This document shows positions 1 through 7,955 of a stretch of 64,000 bases of DNA, piece after piece. The position numbers and the translations under genes are program-made. Position 1 is the stretch's first letter. Every line of letters begins with the position of its first letter. The stretch is from positions 32,001 to 96,000 of the forward strand of contig JBBIGR010000009.1 of the NCBI GenBank assembly GCA_037447435.1. The letters run 5' to 3'. Source of the DNA: Fibrobacteria bacterium. Its GTDB lineage: Bacteria > Fibrobacterota > Chitinivibrionia > Chitinivibrionales > FEN-1185. The notes below the pieces were generated by a model. The model saw only the letters and a list, made by a program, of their open reading frames with translations. It was not told the DNA's origin and made no database searches.

Positions 1-174
1 CGCGGCCATTAAATCATACGTAATCCGTCCAAAAATCAATGCCTCGGCGCTGTCGAGCTGGTCAATGGCAAAATCATTGAATTCGGCATCAACGTTATGC
101 CAATCGATGTTTCCGTCCTTACCTTCAAAAAAGCCGTCTAGGGTAATCATATTGAAAAGAATGATTTTTGCCAT
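1..174 (-). CDS. Dihydrofolate reductase / RibD C-terminal family protein, partial (3' part runs off the left window edge)
   Basis: Not in the ORF track. The reverse strand from ATG at 174 reads MAKIILFNMITLDGFFEGKDGNIDWHNVDAEFNDFAIDQLDSAEALIFGRITYDLMAA, matching the S/TLDG..I.W and FGRxTY motifs. AGGGGG RBS at 181-186. Confidence 0.85.
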   Translation of the reverse strand, partial: MAKIILFNMITLDGFFEGKDGNIDWHNVDAEFNDFAIDQLDSAEALIFGRITYDLMAA

Positions 175-324
175 AGTATACCCCCTTTACCCAAAATTAC
201 GTTTCAATTGCAAATATTATGCGCGATAAAAATTTGTTTTATCCGCGGGAACCGATCTAATTTTCCAGCACGAGCGGTCTGCGCGTTGCAGGCCGTATTT
301 AAACATCACCGGAGGAAGCATTCT

Positions 325-906
325 ATGAAAGCAATTGCAATCAACGGAAGCCCCCGAAGCGGCGGGAATACCGAATTCCTTCTTAAAAAAGTACTGGAGC
401 CGATAAAAGAAGCCGGAATAGAAACCGAGCTTTTGCAAATCGGCGGAAAAAATATCCGCGGCTGCACGGCATGTTACAAATGCAGGGAAAATAAAAATTC
501 ACGCTGTGCGGTCACCACCGACGTTGCAAACGAATTTATCGCCAAAATGATAGAGGCCGACGCGATAATATTGGGTTCACCCACTTACTTTGCCGATATG
601 ACCGCCGAGCTCAAGGCGCTCATAGACCGGGCCGGTTTTGTCTCCGGCGGTAACGGCAGGCTTTTCTCCCGAAAAATCGGCGCTGCCGTGGTCGTCAACC
701 GCCGCGGCGGAGCGATGCACGTCATGGATTCCATCAACCACATGTTTCTTATGTCAAGAATGATCGTGCCGGGTTCAACCTATTGGAATTTCGGCGTGGG
801 TATGCAAAAAGGGGCTGTCGAAAACGACGCCGAATCGCTTGTCAATATGAAAGACCTCGGGGAAACCATAGCCTGGCTTGTCAAGACCATTCACGCCGCA
901 AAATAA
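325..906 (+). CDS. Flavodoxin-fold iron-sulfur flavoprotein (NADPH-dependent FMN reductase family)
   Basis: INGSPR..GNT, CxxCxxC..C (GCTACYKC...RC) and GSPTY motifs. GGAGG RBS before ATG 325. Confidence 0.9.
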   Translation: MKAIAINGSPRSGGNTEFLLKKVLEPIKEAGIETELLQIGGKNIRGCTACYKCRENKNSRCAVTTDVANEFIAKMIEADAIILGSPTYFADMTAELKALIDRAGFVSGGNGRLFSRKIGAAVVVNRRGGAMHVMDSINHMFLMSRMIVPGSTYWNFGVGMQKGAVENDAESLVNMKDLGETIAWLVKTIHAAK

Positions 907-913
907 CCATGAA

Positions 914-2344
914 TTAATGGTAAAGATGCAAAAGCCCGTTTTGCACGACGGAACCGGCTGTTACCCGAACCGGGTAAAAGCCGGGACCAACCCTGCGGCC
1001 GTTTTCCGCATTGCCGTCCCACAATAGCAGGGAAGCGAAGGAAGAAGCGAAAAGCCTTCGGACCACCCTTCCCCGTGAATCGAAAATGGTTGCGGTTTTC
1101 CCGACGCGCGGTACCGCAAAATACGCGGAGCAATCATGGGCTTGCCCGTGCGCGCGCAATTCAAAAAACGTTTCACGACTTTGTCCGGTCTTTTGCGGTC
1201 CCAGCGCGTTGGGGCCGCCCGCTATTTCAATTGCGTCAAGATCCGCGGCGGTATACCCGAACTCGGTCAGGTAGCGGTCCATGACCGTGGGGCTGTATTT
1301 TCCGGGAACATACCAATTGTTCGGTTCCCTCAGTTTTCTCGCCACATACCAGTCGACCGCGGGCGCGAAAGTTCCCATGACGAGCCGGCAGGGGAGCGGC
1401 ACAACATCGGGCAAATACCTGTCGTCGGGTCCGTCCGTACAAGCAAGAATCGAATCGATGATGCAAAGCTGCTGACGCACCGGGGATCCGCCGAGTATCG
1501 CATCGTGTTTGTTTATGTCGAACATGAAATTGATTTCGTGCATGGCATTGGGGTCCCAGAACGTGCCGTAATGATTTTTGCTGCAGCCGGTAAACCCGCT
1601 CAAATTGATCCGGTCATGGCCCTTGTTGACCGCAAGGTTTATGAGAATGTCGATTTGTCCGGTCGCAAGCAGTGTCGTGCATTTATACGTGCTTCCCACT
1701 GCCTGGCTCGGCAAGGTCACATCGGTGAGCCCGCCTAACGATTCGTTTAAATTGCTGACCACGGCATGCGTTTTTGTCGAATCGCTTGTGTCAAGAGTGA
1801 AGTACGGGGAATATTTGTTGCTCCCGCTCGCGGTCGTCGAGCCGTCGTATAAAAGGATGTTCGCGGGAACGACGCCGAATCCGCTCAGCACGGCAACGAG
1901 TTTCGAAACGATCGCCATATGCGGCATATTGTACGTGTTGACGGCATTCACCTTGATCGCGACGACCGTACCGGCCCACTCCTTGCTCGATCGGAATATT
2001 TTCCTCCACGCCTGGTCTGCCGAAAGCGGGGTTTGCCCGCTTTTCGAAGCAAGCGATATTGCCATTTGGTCAAGGTTATTGCTTACCCGTGCGGAATCGA
2101 TGCCGTTGTTCTGGGCGGCAAACGACGACAGCGTTGCATTGGGCTTAAGCATCGCGGTATCGTGGCAGCAAACAACGCGCATATTGTCGATATCCGGATT
2201 TACGGGCATTCCGGAGGTCCACGCTGTCTTGTTTGCAAATGCCGCTCTCGTGCTTCCTGTCGCCGCAATTCCTGCCGCGGCGGCAGTAGTCATTTTTAAA
2301 AAATCCCTGCGACTTTCGAATCTATTGTTGCGTTTGTCCGTCAT
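914..2344 (-). CDS. Tat-exported DUF362-like protein with C-terminal FlgD-Ig/T9SS-like domain
   Basis: SRRDFLK twin-arginine signal; VAIKVN, KGH and KNHYG DUF362-type motifs; C-terminal IFDSRGRVVRRL..WDG..GRRVGPGFY. Confidence 0.7.
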   Translation of the reverse strand: MTDKRNNRFESRRDFLKMTTAAAAGIAATGSTRAAFANKTAWTSGMPVNPDIDNMRVVCCHDTAMLKPNATLSSFAAQNNGIDSARVSNNLDQMAISLASKSGQTPLSADQAWRKIFRSSKEWAGTVVAIKVNAVNTYNMPHMAIVSKLVAVLSGFGVVPANILLYDGSTTASGSNKYSPYFTLDTSDSTKTHAVVSNLNESLGGLTDVTLPSQAVGSTYKCTTLLATGQIDILINLAVNKGHDRINLSGFTGCSKNHYGTFWDPNAMHEINFMFDINKHDAILGGSPVRQQLCIIDSILACTDGPDDRYLPDVVPLPCRLVMGTFAPAVDWYVARKLREPNNWYVPGKYSPTVMDRYLTEFGYTAADLDAIEIAGGPNALGPQKTGQSRETFFELRAHGQAHDCSAYFAVPRVGKTATIFDSRGRVVRRLFASSFASLLLWDGNAENGRRVGPGFYPVRVTAGSVVQNGLLHLYH

Positions 2345-2357
2345 ACGGGTCTTTTCA

Positions 2358-2927
2358 TTACTTTGTTTGAATTTTTGAGGCATATTGGCTCAAGAAAACA
2401 GCAGCGTTGCCGAGCGCTTGTGTCTGGTCCGCGTAGCCCAACAGCCGGATCTCGAAATAAAACCGGTCGAACCATGCAAAAGCGGTTATGCCTTGAAAAA
2501 GGATTTCCGGTTTTCCGACCGCAACGGAACTATCGAACGACGGTATTGTCAACGCCGCGGTCACCGATGCTTTTTTGTACGCATACATTGCCGAAGCTTT
2601 TGCCGCGGTACCGAAATCCATACAGAGCGACCGCATTGTCCGGGAATCGGCCGACGTGAAATTCTGTGCCGATGCGGCGATAAGCCCGCGGTCTATGTAT
2701 TCCACGTTCCCGCCGTTGATGGCCAGGTTCAGGTTTTCCGGTGTGTAAATGACAAAACTGTCGGCGTCCGCGACCTGCGAAAAGCCGGTGCCTGCGGCAG
2801 AAACAATTTTTAAGCTGTTTACCGATGGCGACGTGTTTTGCACCTGCGTGTTCACGCCCGATTTTGCGCAGGACAAAGCGGTAGCGATGCAGAAAAAAAC
2901 AACGGTACGGAATGGAATTTTGCACAT
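2358..2927 (-). CDS. Lipoprotein, DUF6599-like
   Basis: Lipobox ALSC; Y.PENL..AING...Y and MDFGT...A.AMY motifs; stop lies 14 nt upstream of the DUF362 start. Confidence 0.6.
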   Translation of the reverse strand: MCKIPFRTVVFFCIATALSCAKSGVNTQVQNTSPSVNSLKIVSAAGTGFSQVADADSFVIYTPENLNLAINGGNVEYIDRGLIAASAQNFTSADSRTMRSLCMDFGTAAKASAMYAYKKASVTAALTIPSFDSSVAVGKPEILFQGITAFAWFDRFYFEIRLLGYADQTQALGNAAVFLSQYASKIQTK

Positions 2928-3133
2928 GCTGCACGACTCTTTTGCAAAAGGTGATCGCAAACAACGGTTCAGCCAAAAATATGCCCGTGCGTCGCAAAGA
3001 GTCAAATGATAGATAGGGCTATTCAAAGACATTTTAAAGCGATCATAAATTTGCCGGTATTATTTTGAAACGAATGCTTTTTGGACGGTATTAACAAAGG
3101 AAAAACGGAATATTTATTGCAAAGGAGAAAACC

Positions 3134-3409
3134 ATGGTCACCTCCGTCATTCTCATAAACGTCGAACGGTTTAAAATCAATGAAACCGCCGAATTGCTGG
3201 CCGGTACGGAAGGTATTTCGGAAGTGTATTCCGTCAGCGGGGAATTCGATCTTATCGCGATTGCCCGCGTTCAGTCCAACGAGGAGCTTTCCGAGCTTGT
3301 CACGGGAAAATTGCTGAAAATCGATTCCATCGTAAAGACGTCGACCATGCTTGCGTTCAAGGCCTATTCGAAACACGATTTGGAATCGATGTTCATGGTC
3401 GGTTCATAA
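3134..3409 (+). CDS. Stand-alone Lrp/AsnC ligand-binding (RAM) domain protein
   Basis: EVYSVSGEFDLIA motif, 91 aa, no HTH; AAGGAG RBS. Confidence 0.85.
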   Translation: MVTSVILINVERFKINETAELLAGTEGISEVYSVSGEFDLIAIARVQSNEELSELVTGKLLKIDSIVKTSTMLAFKAYSKHDLESMFMVGS

Positions 3410-3525
3410 ATCAAACGTTGAACCGGTTGAAGGTGATATGACAATCGATCGGTCCCTTAGTTCTTTTACAGCCTTATATGCATAAACGACTGTTTTCTAC
3501 CAGAAAACACTTTCCGGATTCCTCT

Positions 3526-3555
3526 GTTTTACAATGTGTAAAACGCCCGTATATT
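3526..3555 (+). promoter_or_regulatory. Putative sigma70-type promoter (TTTACA-N16-TATATT) overlapped by an 8-bp inverted repeat
   Basis: GTTTTACA-ATG-TGTAAAAC at 3526-3544; TATATT at 3550-3555; about 85 nt before the radical SAM start. Confidence 0.4.
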
Positions 3556-3639
3556 TATGGGAGAGGCCGAAATGACCGGCACAATATCGCAATTCATTCT
3601 CTCGCAAAAGCAAAACATACCGGCAAAACAGGGGGCTTT

Positions 3640-4662
3640 ATGTTTGCGGAAAAAATTCATGAGATACACGTTGAAATCACCAATCATTGCAACTTGTCAT
3701 GCAAATTTTGCCCGCATTCGGCAATGAAAAGAAAACGCGGTTTCATGTCCCTCGAGTTGTTCCAAAAAATCATAAACGAAATTGCCGAGAATCAAATAGC
3801 CGACTATGTATCTTTTCATGTCATGGGCGAACCGCTTTTACATCCGCAGTTTCTCCAGATGCTCGAATATGCCTCATTGAAAAATATGAAAATCCATCTT
3901 ATCACGAATATCAGTCTGCTCAATGACGCATCGATTGATGCAATGTTACGCAATGTTGCGATACTCGAATTGAGTTTGCAAAGCTTCGACGAATCTTCGT
4001 TTGCCCAGCGCGGAGCCGCGGCTTTGACATACGGCGACTATATCGCAATTGTAAAGAAACTGTTGCACAGGAAATTGGAAATGGGCGCGCCGGCGCGCAT
4101 TAACGTCAGTCTGATGGAAAATTCGGCGAATGCAGCCAAAGGGTTTCCGTCGCATATAAAAGTTCTCGACGGCGATACAAGCCTCCAAACGCATTTAAAA
4201 ACATACTGGTATGATTTCTTCAAAACCCTTTCCTTCGACTTCGGCGTAAACCTTTCAATGCCCGCGACCGTTGTTGTCAGGAATTTTTCGCACGAATTCC
4301 TTCCCGGTATTACGATCGCGACCCGCTATGCGATGAATTGGGCGAACTCGATTACCGAATCGGAGCATGTATTTCCCGCTTTATTCGCAAAATGCAATGG
4401 ACTCAGCGGGCAGCTCGGCATTCTCTGGAACGGAGATGTTGTGCCCTGCTGTGCCGACTTCGAAGCGAAAATCGTACTCGGAAACTGTACCCATACGCAA
4501 CTCAAGGCAATCGTCACGACGAAACAGGCTTTAACGATAAAGCACGGACTTTGCAAAGGCGTTTTGCATCATGAGCAATGCAAACGGTGCAAAGGCGGCA
4601 CCACGGCTTTCAGCTGGTTTGCCATCCAGCTGTATTCGTTCATTCAATTCAGGCACTTGTAA
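3640..4662 (+). CDS. Radical SAM protein with SPASM/twitch domain
   Basis: CNLSCKFC (CX3CX2C), GEPLLHP, and C-terminal C..VPCC..LGN..CKRC. GGGGG RBS before ATG 3640. Confidence 0.9.
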   Translation: MFAEKIHEIHVEITNHCNLSCKFCPHSAMKRKRGFMSLELFQKIINEIAENQIADYVSFHVMGEPLLHPQFLQMLEYASLKNMKIHLITNISLLNDASIDAMLRNVAILELSLQSFDESSFAQRGAAALTYGDYIAIVKKLLHRKLEMGAPARINVSLMENSANAAKGFPSHIKVLDGDTSLQTHLKTYWYDFFKTLSFDFGVNLSMPATVVVRNFSHEFLPGITIATRYAMNWANSITESEHVFPALFAKCNGLSGQLGILWNGDVVPCCADFEAKIVLGNCTHTQLKAIVTTKQALTIKHGLCKGVLHHEQCKRCKGGTTAFSWFAIQLYSFIQFRHL

Positions 4663-4756
4663 TGCCGTAAACAACAATTGTGCCCTATGCGATCCCAGCG
4701 CTACGCCATTATCAACTATATTCTACTAACCCCCTGTTTTGCAGGGGATAGTAACC

Positions 4757-5881
4757 ATGGCTATTAAAAAAAACGATAGGGCTTTGCCGATGATGCTTTC
4801 CGATGTTGCCCGCGGCCGGGATAATAATTTCAATATCATCCGGATTTGTGCCGCTTTGGCCGTATTGGTTACCCATAGCTTTGCTTTGGTCGTTGGATCC
4901 GGCAATGCCGAGCCGCTGCGAAATACCCTCGGCATGACTTTGGGTTATATCGCCGTGGATATCTTTTTTATTACCAGCGGATTTTTAGTGACGGCAAGTT
5001 TGCTGTCTCGGCAAAGTACGCTCGAATTCATTTGGGCGCGCGTTCTGAGAATTTATCCCGCCCTTATCGTCATGCTGCTTTTTACCGTTTTGGTACTTGG
5101 CCCCGTCTTCACCGCGTTACCGATATCGCAGTATTTCGCTTCCAAAATAACCGTCAAATATTTTGTCAAATGCGCAACCCTCCTGTTCGGCGTCGTGTAC
5201 GATCTTCCGGGGGTTTTTGTCGATAATCCGTATAAAGGCGCGGTCAATGGTTCTCTCTGGACAATGCCGTCCGAAATTAAAATGTATCTGTTCCTTGCCG
5301 GCGCATGGTTGATTTTAGGCCTTGTCCGCGCGGTCCGGTTGCCGGCGTTCAAATGGGCCGTGATCATTGCCGCTTCCGCCGCAGGCGTTTATGTGGTCGT
5401 GAGCGAATTTTGCGTTTCGTCCCCCAGCTATTTTATCCGGCTGTTTTTCATGTTTTTCACGGGAGCCTCGTTTTACATTCTCAAAAACCGCATACCCGTG
5501 TCGCGTGTTCCGTTCGCGGTTCTGTTTGCGGCGTTATTGCTCTCTGTAGTCAATAAACAGTTTTTTTTCGTCGTATACATGTGCAGTCTTGCCTATATTC
5601 TGTTTTTCATCGCGTATGTTCCCAAAGGAATAATCCGGCAGTATAATCGGCTCGGCGATTATTCCTACGGCATTTACATTTACGCTTTTCCGGTGCAGCA
5701 ATCCATTATTGCGTGCATTCCCGGCATTTCAATTTTTCAAATGATCGTATTGTCTGCGGCAATTACCCTGGTTTTTTCCGTTCTGTCGTGGCATATTCTG
5801 GAAAAGCGCGCACTGACGCTCAAAAGCTTTTATGTCGGGCACACGCGAAAGCTGTTTGCCGGGCAGCGAAGCGTTATTTAA
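4757..5881 (+). CDS. Acyltransferase family 3 (OafA-like membrane O-acyltransferase)
   Basis: R..AAL.V..HS, VDIFF..SGFL, R.LRIYP, NGSLWT..E and GDYSYGIYIY motifs; many TM segments. Confidence 0.9.
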   Translation: MAIKKNDRALPMMLSDVARGRDNNFNIIRICAALAVLVTHSFALVVGSGNAEPLRNTLGMTLGYIAVDIFFITSGFLVTASLLSRQSTLEFIWARVLRIYPALIVMLLFTVLVLGPVFTALPISQYFASKITVKYFVKCATLLFGVVYDLPGVFVDNPYKGAVNGSLWTMPSEIKMYLFLAGAWLILGLVRAVRLPAFKWAVIIAASAAGVYVVVSEFCVSSPSYFIRLFFMFFTGASFYILKNRIPVSRVPFAVLFAALLLSVVNKQFFFVVYMCSLAYILFFIAYVPKGIIRQYNRLGDYSYGIYIYAFPVQQSIIACIPGISIFQMIVLSAAITLVFSVLSWHILEKRALTLKSFYVGHTRKLFAGQRSVI

Positions 5882-5896
5882 CAACATGAGGACACT

Positions 5897-6520
5897 ATGA
5901 CCGATCAAAATCCGTTGTTTTTACGAAACCAAACCTTGAAATCGATATACAATCGCCACAGCGTCCGTATGTTTACGGATCAGGATGTCACGCAAGACGA
6001 CATCGCCACCATATTGAATGCCGCAAACCAGGCGCCCTCGGCCCATAATCAGCAATCGTGGCGCTTTGTCGTGCTTAGAGGTGAAAAAAAATCCGAACTG
6101 GTCAATTTGGTCACGACTCATTCTGCAGGGTTTCCGCGGCCCACCTCGGCCCTCCTTCGTATGGCTGCGCGCAGTATCGCAAGCGCGCCGCTGGTTATCG
6201 CGGTTATCAATACGGGCGAGCTCATGCAACGGGGACCGGAATTGTTCGAGGTGGATAAAAATATCGCGCTTGATTTTTTCCGCATCATGGAAATTCAAAG
6301 TTCCGCTGCGGCGGTTGAAAACATGCTGCTTGCGGCAACGTCAATCGGTTTGTCGTCGGTATGGCTGGGAATCTTGATCATGGTGCAGGAACAGGTGTTG
6401 CGGTATCTGGGAAATCCGGGCGGCGAATTCATGGCCGTCGTGCCGGTCGGTTATGCGCAAAAAATCAATGCAGGCCCCAAGAAACGTTCGCTCGACGTGA
6501 CGGTCCAGTACTTGTCGTAA
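5897..6520 (+). CDS. Nitroreductase family protein
   Basis: RHSVR.F, APSAHNQQSWRFVV and ENMLLAA..GL.S.W motifs. Confidence 0.9.
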   Translation: MTDQNPLFLRNQTLKSIYNRHSVRMFTDQDVTQDDIATILNAANQAPSAHNQQSWRFVVLRGEKKSELVNLVTTHSAGFPRPTSALLRMAARSIASAPLVIAVINTGELMQRGPELFEVDKNIALDFFRIMEIQSSAAAVENMLLAATSIGLSSVWLGILIMVQEQVLRYLGNPGGEFMAVVPVGYAQKINAGPKKRSLDVTVQYLS

Positions 6521-6542
6521 ATACAACCCGTCTCCGTATTTG

Positions 6543-7820
6543 TCAATTCATTATGATTTGTTTCGTGACCGTGTTTTGTTTGCCGGCGATTCTGACAAAG
6601 AAGATACTGCCGTTTGTATGGGCCGCAGACAGGGGAATCCGGATAGTGCCGGACACCACTCGTTCGCCTTTGAAAAGACATGTGCCCCGTACGTCAACAA
6701 TGCGGACATCGTATTCATCGGAGCTTGGGGCTCGAAACGATACGACCATGCAGTTACCGGCGTGCCCGGCCCAAACAACCTGCGGCATTGCATCCCGGGA
6801 AAACGCCCGGTCCCGCAACACCGAAGTGCTGTTTTGCGAAATGACAATGTCTCCCGCATCCGGCACCGCGTCAAACTGGATTGCCTGCGCAACAATGGAA
6901 CATGGAATTTTCTTGCCGTTTTGCGTTGCAAATGCCGCAGTCCATCCGTTGGGCACGTTCCGTTTCAAGGTGACGGGCACGTTGTAAACCGCATTCGGCA
7001 AATTGTCGGAAATCTGCACGCGAATGCCTGCGCCGTCGTTCGCGACTTCCCGTACCGATATCGAGTCCCGTTCCTTGCCGTATCTGAAAACGGTTCCGAA
7101 CGTTGAAACCCACACCGTAGTGGAAAGCGAATCCAGGTGCTTGATATGGGCCCTTAAAACCGAAGACTGAACAGGCGAGTAACCGCCGTCGTTGTCTATG
7201 CCGTGAAACAGCAACACGCCCCATCCTTTTTTAGCAAGTGCCTGATTGGCCACGTCGTTGAGCGATTGTACCGTCGTATAGGTTCCCGAATTGCCGCCGA
7301 CGATGCAACTTATGTTCATGGCATTGGCCGGTGTCGCAGTCTCCACAATCCCCGAGCACCCCCGTGCGGCAACATAATATTTGGCCGTCAGGGACTCGGT
7401 CGCTTCAATGCAATTCGGATACGCCATGGTGATGCATTGCAGATTGGGAATGTTCGCGTTAATTGCGGTTTGGGAATTTTTAAGCTCCGACTCCTGGTTG
7501 GCCGCGCTGAGCGTGTTTAATATCGTATGCGTGACCGTATGGCTGGCGATTTCATGCCCTTGCAACGCGGCCGCCTTTAACCCTTGCCAATCCGTGACCC
7601 AGCCCGACACGGTAAATAAAGTCAATTTCATTTTGTATTCATCGAACAACGGCACCGCAAGGGCCAGCTGGTTCGAGCAATTATCGTCAAAGGTATAAGA
7701 AACGGCAGCGGTCCTAAATCCCCACCAGGTCGCGATTTGATACGACGGGTCTACGATGCGGGAAAAAATAGTGCTTGTCAATAACGACAAGGCCAAAAGG
7801 CTCCGGATTTTGAAATTCAT
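6543..7820 (-). CDS. Secreted polysaccharide deacetylase (CE4/NodB) with C-terminal T9SS-like domain
   Basis: Signal peptide; TFDD, HEIASHTVTH, AYP and LLFH motifs; C-terminal IVDVRG...GSIFFVRI..KQII. Confidence 0.85.
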   Translation of the reverse strand: MNFKIRSLLALSLLTSTIFSRIVDPSYQIATWWGFRTAAVSYTFDDNCSNQLALAVPLFDEYKMKLTLFTVSGWVTDWQGLKAAALQGHEIASHTVTHTILNTLSAANQESELKNSQTAINANIPNLQCITMAYPNCIEATESLTAKYYVAARGCSGIVETATPANAMNISCIVGGNSGTYTTVQSLNDVANQALAKKGWGVLLFHGIDNDGGYSPVQSSVLRAHIKHLDSLSTTVWVSTFGTVFRYGKERDSISVREVANDGAGIRVQISDNLPNAVYNVPVTLKRNVPNGWTAAFATQNGKKIPCSIVAQAIQFDAVPDAGDIVISQNSTSVLRDRAFSRDAMPQVVWAGHAGNCMVVSFRAPSSDEYDVRIVDVRGTCLFKGERVVSGTIRIPLSAAHTNGSIFFVRIAGKQNTVTKQIIMN

Positions 7821-7955
7821 AGGTTTTTTTCCGGTACTGTGGCAGTATGAATCTTATATGCCGTTTACGAACCAATACTTCAAATATAGCAGTAAACGGG
7901 AAACTATGGCGGAACTAAGTTTCTTAAATCCCCGGCAAGGGGAAGAAACGGATGG

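Noticed and set aside
208..324. Upstream extensions in the ORF track (also 3478, 16915, 19151, 26394, 33945, 56821)
   Set aside because: Downstream starts have a better RBS and/or match the family N-terminus or signal peptide.
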